From: a virus
Virus record (IMG/VR): IMGVR_UViG_3300031669_000007
Span: 1-64,000 of that record
DNA: 64,000 nucleotides
Direction: 5' to 3' (one strand)
The notes below the pieces were generated by a model. The model had not been told where the DNA came from. It did no database searches and saw only the letters and a list, made by a program, of their open reading frames with translations. The position numbers and the translations under genes are program-made. Shown piece by piece: positions 48,863 through 58,172 of the stretch; positions within the stretch are counted from its first letter, which is position 1, and each line of letters begins with the position of its first letter.

Positions 48863-49620
48863 TTTGGGTTCACCATCTGAGATAACGATCTATACCAGGA
48901 TGGAGAACCTACTTGAATAGATTCTGGCAAGTTAATTAATCCCTTTTTGGCATCTTCTCTTGCCTGTGCTAGTTTTGCATCTCTAGCTGGGTCAGATGCC
49001 AATGCTTTCATTATTGTTTTAATGCTGGCCAGGTCTGCTGCTGTTGCCTTAGGATTAAGCAGTATCTTAGCCACAGAATCTTTGTCGTCTGCTACCACCA
49101 CGCCTGTCTCTCTGTTAACTAGCTTGCCCTCAAATGGGCTGAACTTTAAGCCTAATGATTTGGCAATGCTTGAATATAATATGAATAGCTGACCGCCCTT
49201 AAAGTCTGGATCATCGTATTGTCCTGACGGACCATGCTGATGGAACGGTGCGACTTTAGCTGCATTCGGAATGACCATAATATCTAGCTGAACAAACGTG
49301 CCATCTGGCACTGGCATACGAACGTGGACATTACGTCCCGACAATGCGACCTGAAACCCCTCTTTCTCAATGTATTGCTTTAATGCTAATTTAGTATATT
49401 TCTCGTCTGGTGTATTAAATAACTGTGCTAATTTACCGGCATCAACAAATACATCCATGTCACCTGACTCAACCTTATATCCAGCCGATCCGATATCTGG
49501 AATAATATTAATTCCAAATGGCATTATCTTCTGAATATCTTTAATTATTCCTGGGACATATTCTCTTTTAATTGGAGATACGTCAGGAAATACATTTCCG
49601 CCTTCATTTAATTGATGCAT
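48859..49620 (-). CDS. Pol-beta superfamily nucleotidyltransferase
   Basis: LNEGG; GSAG...SGDMDV; VQLDIM. Confidence 0.75.
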   Translation of the reverse strand: MHQLNEGGNVFPDVSPIKREYVPGIIKDIQKIMPFGINIIPDIGSAGYKVESGDMDVFVDAGKLAQLFNTPDEKYTKLALKQYIEKEGFQVALSGRNVHVRMPVPDGTFVQLDIMVIPNAAKVAPFHQHGPSGQYDDPDFKGGQLFILYSSIAKSLGLKFSPFEGKLVNRETGVVVADDKDSVAKILLNPKATAADLASIKTIMKALASDPARDAKLAQAREDAKKGLINLPESIQVGSPSWYRSLSQMVNPK

Positions 49621-49621
49621 A

Positions 49622-50605
49622 TTAATTCCTTTTAGCTTTACCGCCATATGTTGGAGCTAACACCTGGTTCAACGTTGGCTTGTCCTTAGGCAGTGGATCA
49701 TTGACTGTTTTGTGCCATTCTTTGCCGGTTCTCGGCGTATCTAAGCTATTTTTCTTCTTTTTATTTTTTGCTTCTTCTAACTTCTCTTTCTTTAAGCGTC
49801 TGACAGCCATCTCCTTAACTGTGTATTCATTGATCAGCTTTTTAGCTTTGTTAATTGATTCGGTCATTTCTAGTTCCTCGTTATTTGTGCTGCGATTACC
49901 GACTATGCGGTTATACAGATCTGGCCGTACTCCGACTTTATCAGTGTGCTGTTTTGTTGCCTTAGCATAATAGTTGCCGGCCAAGTTCTTAGATATTTCA
50001 TTGACTTGTGATTCTTCGGTTGGCTGCGGTTCTTGCTTAGGCCGTCTATTAGCTCTAGCTTGCATTCTTCTTTGATAGCTAGGAGCCATTTTGTAAGGAG
50101 TTTGTGGAGATGGTGGAGCAGGAATAAACGTTCCTGTCTGATTGTCGGCCATTTTCTCTAATGCCTGAACTTGTGTAGGATCGACAATTTTTTGATTTAA
50201 TTCATTGACCCAACCTGCATTAGTTTTATAATATTTTCCCTTACTTCTAGGGTCAATGATCATAAACTTTTCCCCTGGCCTTAGAGCAGGCTCCTTCTGA
50301 GGCGTCTGAGACGTCTGACCTTGAGTAGGCATATTTGATGCTCTATTTGGGTTTGGTTTTACTTGCATCTGAGCTTGGCTTCTGGCTTGCGTAACTTCTT
50401 GGCGTTTTTGTTGAAAGTTTTTTTCTGCTTGATGACTTAAACTATGCTCTAAGTCGTGGGCGCCTAACCCCCTTGCCAGACCAGAATAGGCATTAGCGTT
50501 TCTATCAATGTGGCTACTAGCTGCGGCAGCGGCGTTAGCTGCACCCTTCTTAATAGCGTCCCATATTCCTTCGTCTAACTCACTGCTAAATTCATTGATC
50601 TTCAT
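49622..50605 (-). CDS. CTS-tagged low-complexity protein
   Basis: MKINEFSSELDEG; internal VNE, MTE, INE, LEE. Confidence 0.55.
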   Translation of the reverse strand: MKINEFSSELDEGIWDAIKKGAANAAAAASSHIDRNANAYSGLARGLGAHDLEHSLSHQAEKNFQQKRQEVTQARSQAQMQVKPNPNRASNMPTQGQTSQTPQKEPALRPGEKFMIIDPRSKGKYYKTNAGWVNELNQKIVDPTQVQALEKMADNQTGTFIPAPPSPQTPYKMAPSYQRRMQARANRRPKQEPQPTEESQVNEISKNLAGNYYAKATKQHTDKVGVRPDLYNRIVGNRSTNNEELEMTESINKAKKLINEYTVKEMAVRRLKKEKLEEAKNKKKKNSLDTPRTGKEWHKTVNDPLPKDKPTLNQVLAPTYGGKAKRN

Positions 50606-50846
50606 TCTTGTTCACTCTCCTGACTCCCCGGGCGAACTTTGATGTGTCTTGTGCTCTGATGCTATTAAGTAATCTACGCTCTAAGTCAGCGGCTGTTTCG
50701 GGGTCATAGTTCTCCCGTATCAAATTGATTAAATTAATTGCACCCTGAATAATGTGCGTGGCGCGGCTTTCTAGTAGTTTTTCTCTATCTCGATGGACTA
50801 ATAGACTATCGAGCTCATCTAAGATGCTTTTTGTTTGTTTTTTCAC
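50592..50846 (-). CDS. Late hypothetical protein, first gene of cassette
   Basis: GTG start, GAGG SD, TAAATA at 50875-50880. Confidence 0.65.
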   Translation of the reverse strand: MKKQTKSILDELDSLLVHRDREKLLESRATHIIQGAINLINLIRENYDPETAADLERRLLNSIRAQDTSKFARGVRRVNKNEDQ

Positions 50847-50897
50847 AAGAAATGCCTCTCCCCTGGGGTTATTGTATTTATTCGGAATTGTGAATGG

Positions 50898-51134
50898 TTA
50901 CTTTTTAATCGACGAAGCAATGACCTTAAGGTCATTGAATTCTTCTTCAGAATACTCTTTTCCGTATAGATACCAACGCTGCCAGATCGGAAAGCATAAT
51001 TCTTTGGCATATATAACTGCAGGACCATCTTCCCTATGAAAGATATTATTAAGCATATAGAATTTACTACCATTTGAATCAATGATAATCTTAGTCTTTA
51101 AGACATTGATAAGTTGATCGTCTGTCAGTTCCAT
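50898..51134 (-). CDS. HRxDGPA-motif protein
   Basis: FHREDGPAVI...WYLYGK. Confidence 0.65.
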   Translation of the reverse strand: MELTDDQLINVLKTKIIIDSNGSKFYMLNNIFHREDGPAVIYAKELCFPIWQRWYLYGKEYSEEEFNDLKVIASSIKK

Positions 51135-51135
51135 A

Positions 51136-52569
51136 TTATTTCTTAGCTCCTAATCCTGATATCATTGATTTAAGTCTGGCGGCATTAATTTCTCCTGCTC
51201 CCTTACCTGTAATCTCTGCCTCAGTCTGACTTACTGCGGTTGTGGTTGTTGATTTTGGCTTAATCTTACTCAGGATACTATTTGCTACTGATGGTGGTAT
51301 TCCCGAATCTTCCTCGCCAGTTCCGGCATCTACAATACGCAAGCTGTCTACATTAAAGTCTAATTCCACCTTGGTGCCGATACCAGAGCTTGAACGAGTT
51401 TTCAACAGTTGAAGTTGATACTTGCCGCGCTCTCGCATTGCGCGGGACGTAAAGATACCAAACACGTTATCTGCTGTGTTGATCTTGCTAATACCGCCTG
51501 AAATGTGACTGTGGTCAAATTCAACTTCATCTACTGCTGATCTATTTAACTGTGATGCTGTAATGAATAAAATATTTAATTCCCTAGCCAAGTTACGCAA
51601 TTCTTCTGAAACATACTTATCCTTGACGAATAAGTCGTTCGGGCTAACCTTGGCTGATACTGGCATCAGCAGATCCAAATAATCCACCATTAAGAAATCT
51701 ACCTTCTTTCCAGTCTGAATCTGAAACTCTCTAATATAAGCACGAATATCGTTTACGTTAGATTGCGCTGGCATATATTTAATTTGAAATGCTCCAGACT
51801 TCTTAGCTGCCATTCGAACCTTAAGTTCTACGTCGTCTAGGTTCTTAAATAGCTCACGTGTGCTTACGTTTGCAATCATTGAATCGATACGCATTGAACA
51901 TAGGCCCTCGCTTAATTCTAATGTTAAATAGATACCATTTAATCCCGCCGTAATCCAGTTTACGGATATATTTTGCATGAATAATGATTTACCTGAGCCA
52001 GATCCTCCCGCAAAGATGTTTAGCTCGCCTCTATTCATACCGCCAAATAATGCTTTATCCAATGCTGGCCAACCTGTGCTAAATTGCCCGTTGCCTGACT
52101 TAATTGCCATAAGCCGCGCTCTTGGGTCTGCAAAGTAATCAGTTCCAATATCCTTAACAAGTCCAATTTGAACTGCATCTTTAATTAACTTCTCAATTGG
52201 TGCGCGATTGCCTTTCTCTAAGTAGTCTGCTGCCTTTAATATGGCGCGTTCTAATGCTTTACTCTGACTAAATCCCTCAAACTCTTCTAAGAACCAATCA
52301 GTGTGTTCTTCTGTCAGATCCTTTGTCGGTTTAAGCGTTGTGCCAACCGACGCGTTAATTTGCTCGATTGTTGGCATTGCTTTATATTTCTCTGTGTGCT
52401 CTTTAATGAATGTTGCCGCTGGCTGCAATGAACGAGCAAAGTTCTTTGAATCAAATATATTCTGCACCCTGACATATGATTCGGGGTGGTCTAACATTAT
52501 TTCTAAGAATAGTTTCTGTAGGTCGTCGGTATATTCTTTTGCTTGTGTTTTTTCTTCTTTATTATACAT
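51136..52569 (-). CDS. Replicative helicase (DnaB/gp41-like)
   Basis: GGSGSGKS, TLELSE, VDYLDL, TASQLNR, KTR. Confidence 0.93.
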   Translation of the reverse strand: MYNKEEKTQAKEYTDDLQKLFLEIMLDHPESYVRVQNIFDSKNFARSLQPAATFIKEHTEKYKAMPTIEQINASVGTTLKPTKDLTEEHTDWFLEEFEGFSQSKALERAILKAADYLEKGNRAPIEKLIKDAVQIGLVKDIGTDYFADPRARLMAIKSGNGQFSTGWPALDKALFGGMNRGELNIFAGGSGSGKSLFMQNISVNWITAGLNGIYLTLELSEGLCSMRIDSMIANVSTRELFKNLDDVELKVRMAAKKSGAFQIKYMPAQSNVNDIRAYIREFQIQTGKKVDFLMVDYLDLLMPVSAKVSPNDLFVKDKYVSEELRNLARELNILFITASQLNRSAVDEVEFDHSHISGGISKINTADNVFGIFTSRAMRERGKYQLQLLKTRSSSGIGTKVELDFNVDSLRIVDAGTGEEDSGIPPSVANSILSKIKPKSTTTTAVSQTEAEITGKGAGEINAARLKSMISGLGAKK

Positions 52570-53641
52570 ACTTCTTCCTCAATAATTTTATCTTTAGTGG
52601 ATTAGATTCTATAGAATCTAATATAGTTTTAAGCACGAATAATTTTCCATATTTTTGAACTGCTTGGTTAATATCTACGCACGTCTCTGCCCATATTGGG
52701 AAACTAACTGACCAGGAATTGGCCAGTGCCACATCTATAAGATTTCCGCCAGTCTTGTTCCAATCCGGAACCACAATAATTTCTCTATCTAATCCTTCTA
52801 TAATATCAATTTGAGTTTTGGTTATGTCTGATTTAAGAACAGCGACCGCATCAATACTTATCGCATCAAATACACCCTCGCAAACAATTACAACCTTCCA
52901 GTCTTTTTTCTGTTTATCAATATTAAATACATAACCAGTGTCGATATGCTGAATATACTTAGGCGTAATGTCATCATTTAATGCTCTGGCGGTAAATCCT
53001 ATTATTTCATTTTTCCAAGTAAATGGTATAATCACCCGTTTATTCATTTTATTTTTCGTATCTGTTGACCAATAGAAATCATATTTTTGCATGTCTATCT
53101 TACGGTCATATACATATTCAACCGAATCTATTAATCCTCGAGGAAGTGGTTTAAAGTGTTCAGGCGTGGGTTGATGCTCGTCTATTCCTTCATTTGCTAA
53201 GATAAAGAAATCCATCATACCCATGAAAGATAGTGCCTCGTCTGGTAAAGGTTCTTTCTTAAAGTCTACCTTTACTTCTTCTTTCTTGTGTTCAATCTTT
53301 ACCAAGCCGAGAAGTTCTTGTCTTTGCTGTTCACGCTTTGCTTCAATGTTTAGCCGCTGTATCTCTGCTTCGTCTACGTTGAGCCATCTTAGCAACTTAC
53401 GGAATTTGTAGTATAGCGGATAGCCTGGAGTATAACTGGCTCTGAAGTTGCAGTTGAAGCAAGAATACGACACTGTTCCATCAGCATTTGCAATCATTCC
53501 TCCACGACCACGCGTATCTGCACTTTCGCCATTGTGCGGGCAGCAGACGGCATTACCTGAGATCCATCCCTTAGCATCGCGCCTTGTCTTCCTGCCGCTT
53601 GTCCATGCGCTTACTGCCGTCGATTGTATAGGGTTAGTCAT
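52562..53641 (-). CDS. DNA primase (Zn finger plus Toprim)
   Basis: CCPH..YSCFNC; RVIIPF, GFTAR, VCEGVFDA, VPD. Confidence 0.88.
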   Translation of the reverse strand: MTNPIQSTAVSAWTSGRKTRRDAKGWISGNAVCCPHNGESADTRGRGGMIANADGTVSYSCFNCNFRASYTPGYPLYYKFRKLLRWLNVDEAEIQRLNIEAKREQQRQELLGLVKIEHKKEEVKVDFKKEPLPDEALSFMGMMDFFILANEGIDEHQPTPEHFKPLPRGLIDSVEYVYDRKIDMQKYDFYWSTDTKNKMNKRVIIPFTWKNEIIGFTARALNDDITPKYIQHIDTGYVFNIDKQKKDWKVVIVCEGVFDAISIDAVAVLKSDITKTQIDIIEGLDREIIVVPDWNKTGGNLIDVALANSWSVSFPIWAETCVDINQAVQKYGKLFVLKTILDSIESNPLKIKLLRKKYV

Positions 53642-53706
53642 AATATATTATATAGAATCGTGCTTACAAGAAGCAAGTAATTCGAAGTATTCAGCACTAA
53701 AACCGG

Positions 53707-53735
53707 TTGACATTCTAACCGAAAGAGTGTATAAT
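53707..53735 (+). promoter_or_regulatory. Sigma70-type promoter
   Basis: TTGACA-N17-TATAAT, 6 nt before ATG 53742. Confidence 0.85.
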
Positions 53736-53741
53736 AGTCTT

Positions 53742-54002
53742 ATGATACATGTCAAAACACTAGTCGAGGATTTCCCGCATCTCGTGCATAAAGCACGGAA
53801 AATCTGGTGCATCGAAACCTTTGGGAAACCATTTGGCGGTAAGCCTGCACCCGGAAAGAATTCTGAAACTAAGTGGGTAGACTGTCGCTGGTCACAGTAT
53901 AATACATATTTTCGGTTTAAGTATGAAGAAGATGCAATGATATTCATACTTAGGTGGGGCGGAGAAGTTAAGAATAAAGTTAAATGGAAAGTAAAAGAAT
54001 GA
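53742..54002 (+). CDS. FxLRW-family small protein (plus strand)
   Basis: WCIETFG...FKYEEDAMIFILRWGG. Confidence 0.8.
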   Translation: MIHVKTLVEDFPHLVHKARKIWCIETFGKPFGGKPAPGKNSETKWVDCRWSQYNTYFRFKYEEDAMIFILRWGGEVKNKVKWKVKE

Positions 54003-54412
54003 AAAACACATGGGATAACTTGCCAAACGGAAAAGCCATTGATCGAGTCTTAGTCGATGTCTTTAAGAATCCACAAATTTGGGAAGAAATGTATAACGAA
54101 ATGTATAATATTCCTGTAGTGTCAGACCAAAGAAATAGTAATTGTTGGAATGCAGTGTGGATCAGATCCAGAGAAAAGTTAAAAACTATGGATCGTTATG
54201 ATCTGTGGTTAGACATTTCAGAAAGAATAGTCACACCGGAAAATGAAATGTCATGGGAAGGTGCAAAGATTTGTGCTAGAAGCACGATTTTAGGGTTGCT
54301 TAGTAACGACGAGTGCGGAAATCTTCTAGACAGTGATCCTGAACATATCAAGTTACTAACGATTCTTGGTGACGATTCAATAATGATGATATGCCCGGCT
54401 GTATGTCGTTAA
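53984..54412 (+). CDS. Hypothetical protein
   Basis: WDNLPNGKAIDRVL; follows 53742 gene. Confidence 0.6.
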   Translation: MESKRMKNTWDNLPNGKAIDRVLVDVFKNPQIWEEMYNEMYNIPVVSDQRNSNCWNAVWIRSREKLKTMDRYDLWLDISERIVTPENEMSWEGAKICARSTILGLLSNDECGNLLDSDPEHIKLLTILGDDSIMMICPAVCR

Positions 54413-54424
54413 ATCCTAATCGAG

Positions 54425-55291
54425 TTAAACACGGTATAAAATCTGAGTCACATGTGACGGATTAACGTTTCCGCTTGTTGGCGCAACAACAAACCTAACC
54501 GCAGTATAAACACCATCAAAATTGCAATATGATGTGGCCGTTTGTGCTGTATAATTTAAGATAGATGTGTTTCCTGACAACGGCATGACATTTGCAGTTG
54601 ATGTCAATTCAACGACTCCCCAACTTACCTGTGGGCTCCCCGCTCCAACCAAAGCCAATGAATCAAGCGTTCCCTCTACAGTAATATTTCCGGTAAAGCC
54701 AACTGTATCAAAATTGATCTGCGCTGTGTGATGTGCCGACTGTTGTAGTGAATTAATATCTGCACTAATTGCAGCAGATGTAATCGTAGTATTGTTATTG
54801 CTTGGCAAATCTACAACTATGCTAGGCAATAGCGTTGGATATGGACCATCTCGTAGTAGTATTTCTCCACGAGATTCATAGTTTTCGTCGGTGTAGACCA
54901 CCTCTGTTATTCCTGTTACTGGGTCAGATACCGTTAATGCATAGTTATAGTAGGGTTGTGATAAGTCAATGAGATCAAAAGCAGTTAATCGAACAGAGAT
55001 AATTCCTTTGACTGCATCAACGATTGTAATTCCGCCGTTTGTGTTACTATTCTTAGTTACTACAACTGCACTCTCAGAATCTGATATCATATTAAATGTA
55101 ATGACCCAACCAGTGATATTAACTGCTTTCTGATCTGAGTTTTTCCATACAAACTGTATGATGTTGTCAACGCCTTTATAAATCTTTACTTGTCTTTGAT
55201 ACATGGTTTTCCACCTCGCGGTAATAGTTGGGTCAAGGTTGCATTGAACCGTGACGGAGTTTGGATAAAAATAAGTGTTCATTCTTTGCAA
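54425..55291 (-). CDS. Putative virion structural protein
   Basis: IYKGVDN..F..KNSDQK; T/N/V-rich. Confidence 0.55.
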   Translation of the reverse strand: MQRMNTYFYPNSVTVQCNLDPTITARWKTMYQRQVKIYKGVDNIIQFVWKNSDQKAVNITGWVITFNMISDSESAVVVTKNSNTNGGITIVDAVKGIISVRLTAFDLIDLSQPYYNYALTVSDPVTGITEVVYTDENYESRGEILLRDGPYPTLLPSIVVDLPSNNNTTITSAAISADINSLQQSAHHTAQINFDTVGFTGNITVEGTLDSLALVGAGSPQVSWGVVELTSTANVMPLSGNTSILNYTAQTATSYCNFDGVYTAVRFVVAPTSGNVNPSHVTQILYRV

Positions 55292-55293
55292 AA

Positions 55294-55758
55294 TTACCTC
55301 TTTTCAGAATCTGGCATATCGAGCCAAGTTCTATTTCCTTTTGATATATTTATCTTACCCTCTAATATCTGTAAATTGGATAGACAATGGAAACCCTGAA
55401 CAATTTTTGAGTTAAGTGGAACGATATGATCTACATGATAATCTATATTGGTAATTATAGATTTTGTGTGTGCAACAATATATAATTCGGTTATACATAA
55501 TTTCTCTAACCAATTATCTGACCATGCAGGTGTGGCCTTTATTTTCTTGGCTCTTCGTTTAGCATTTATCTCTTTGACTTTTTCTGGGTTAGCAGTGCGC
55601 CATTTCTTATTGTATTCTGCATTCTTTTCTGGATTGGCATCTCTCCATTTTTTGATCTGTTCTGTTCCAGATTCTCTAAACTTTTTTTGATATTGCCTAA
55701 CTTTATCCGCATTTTCTTTACGCCATATCAGGCGGTGATTTTCTTTTTTAGTGTCCAT
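55294..55758 (-). CDS. HNH homing endonuclease, paralogue of 43162
   Basis: ATPAW, YHVDHIVPLNS..VQGFHCLSNLQILE; TAAATA at 55763-55768. Confidence 0.88.
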   Translation of the reverse strand: MDTKKENHRLIWRKENADKVRQYQKKFRESGTEQIKKWRDANPEKNAEYNKKWRTANPEKVKEINAKRRAKKIKATPAWSDNWLEKLCITELYIVAHTKSIITNIDYHVDHIVPLNSKIVQGFHCLSNLQILEGKINISKGNRTWLDMPDSEKR

Positions 55759-55814
55759 TATGTATTTATGCAAGTTTTTCTTCCGCACCTGATTCCGAAT
55801 TGCTAAATATTCGT

Positions 55815-56192
55815 ATGGAAGAAAACGATATTAAACGTATTATGGCAGACAAGCCTTACCTGTCACTATTGACGTATGGCGGCAATGATTATTTGGGTAT
55901 TATTCAGAACATCGACGACACCATTACCACAATCTATGATTTTGGTTCTCTCAAAACAGAAGATCAGAAGATTGTATTCTTAGAGTTGGCTGAGATATGG
56001 TGGATGGAGAGTAATCGACTTGTCCCAATCAATGTATTCTTGCGCGTAGAATGGGCAATCTTCCGTCCTACACTAAAGACACTAAACTCTAAGGATGTTG
56101 ATGTTAAGCTAGGTCCTCATCTAAGTCTTAAAGAGATGGCTGCTAAGAAATCAAAACGTAGATCAATTACTCTTGTTCGTCGTATGCAGTAA
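55815..56192 (+). CDS. Late hypothetical protein
   Basis: TAAATA 5 nt upstream; WWMESNRLVPINVFL. Confidence 0.7.
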   Translation: MEENDIKRIMADKPYLSLLTYGGNDYLGIIQNIDDTITTIYDFGSLKTEDQKIVFLELAEIWWMESNRLVPINVFLRVEWAIFRPTLKTLNSKDVDVKLGPHLSLKEMAAKKSKRRSITLVRRMQ

Positions 56193-58172
56193 ACGGCGAT
56201 CCATACTTAATAACTGCCAATGGATAGGTTTCATCAGTAAACTCTAATGAGTCGAGAGACTTATTAAACTTCCCTTTCCCCAAGTTTGCTTTACAATTCC
56301 ATTCGTTTTCTAACCAGCTTAGCCAGTCAGGTATATCACCGTCGTATTGAGCACGGTGTTGATCATTTATGATTTTCTTCCAATTATACGGATATGGATT
56401 AGGACCGCTAAACGATATTTTCATAATGCAGGTGGTCCATACTTAAGAACTGCTAAGAGATAGTTATCATCCTCAAAGATTAGTGCAGCTATGCATTTAT
56501 CATCACCAAATTTCCCCATCTCTACTTTACATTTCCATTCGTTTTCTAACCAGTTTATCCACTCAACTAAATTACCGTAATACATTATGCTGTGTTGATC
56601 TGAGATAACCATAGCCCAGTTAGTTGTCTTTTCATAATTATCTTTAAACGATATTTTCATTGTTTGCATACCTCAATAATAAAAGTGTGTAATGTTCATC
56701 ATCTACTTCTATCCTCGTAATTTTTTCATCTCTGATAGTGATTACAATTCCTAGCGTATTATATGCCCACTCTATAAATATTCTCTCGCCTACAGATGAC
56801 TCAAGGTCTTCTTTTGGTAGAGAATTTCCAATGGATTCCATAAAGTCATCCCATACACCAGCTATAGGCGGCCTGTCAGGAACATTGTCTAATGTATCAA
56901 TAGAAAAGAGTATCATGCGGCATACTGTAATAAAAACATTGTTAATTCTTCATCATCTACTGTTACGGCATAGATAGCGTTTTCTTCTTTATCTTTGCCA
57001 ATCTTTCTTCTTTTATAGATGACCTTGCTTGATGGTATTCTTTCAGTCAATGACTGAACATATTCTTCTGTTGTTACGTCTGTTCCATCGTCGAATACTT
57101 CTCTAAAATACCTGGCCGCTGCTCTCTTAAAGGACTCGGCGTTGTGGTCGAGATATTTTCCATCTACAGCTTCAAAACTAATTGTTATCATGGCGGAAAC
57201 CTTATTAAGAGCATAGTATAGGCAGAGTCCTCTACATCTATTCCGGCAATATGCCCAGGAAAAAGTCCGCCCGGATCGTTAAGAACTGTTATCTGCCAGG
57301 TATCTTTAAGCCAGGCACGAAACTCTTCGTATTCATTGGCATGACCAATTCCCTTCCACGGGGATTCTTCTCTAAGTGCTCGAAGTATCTTAGCCCAATG
57401 AATAGGCGAAGTGCCTCTAATTGGAAAATATCCGGCATAATCAACGATGCGATCAGTGAAAGATACTATCATTCTCCGAACCTCAACATAAAAAACATTG
57501 CGTCCTTCTCCTCTTTGAAAGCATAAATGTGATACTTTAAGAAAACTACCGTCCAATCTTCGTTTTTCTTCCCCATACAAGTATTAAGCCAAGCTAAACG
57601 ATTACAGTAGTCTTGATAGGTATGCTTCTTATTAGCTCTAATAATATAGGGAAACCTGGCGTTATAGGGTAATTTTTCAATCATATCCGTATTTTAAGAG
57701 TAGCATGGTAAAAACTTCGTCGGGCAAATCAATATATTCAAGGTGTCTAACCATTGTATATTTTTCGGAAAACATAGCATCTATGCCGTGTTCTCCTCTG
57801 ACATAATTGTAGAAATCATCATCAAAGAAGCCAAACCCGGCATCATTTCTTAAATTAATCAAGATCTCTGACATCTTCCGACGAAGAGCATACTCTTTTT
57901 CACCGGGTGCAGGAAGGTGGTTATTGTATATTATTCTCATTCAAATATTTAAGTAACAAAAATGTATATTCTTCATCATTGACCTCTAATCCTATAATGT
58001 TCGAATTGATATCATCATTTTTAAATGTTAAATTGATTGTCCATTTTTTGTTAAGCATTGATATAAAGCCCTCTTTATCAATTTGATCGCTTTTACTGGT
58101 CACTTTATACTCTTCCGCAAGTCCGCGCAATACAGCAAAACAGGGGTGACGGTTAGTTGGTTTTATTTTCAT
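56167..58172 (-). other. Array B: eight small FxLRW-variant genes (DxxYTxxLL(K/R)Y subtype)
   Basis: 56167-56424, 56421-56669, 56644-56916, 56913-57191, 57188-57472, 57469-57684, 57677-57940, 57921-58172. Confidence 0.85.
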
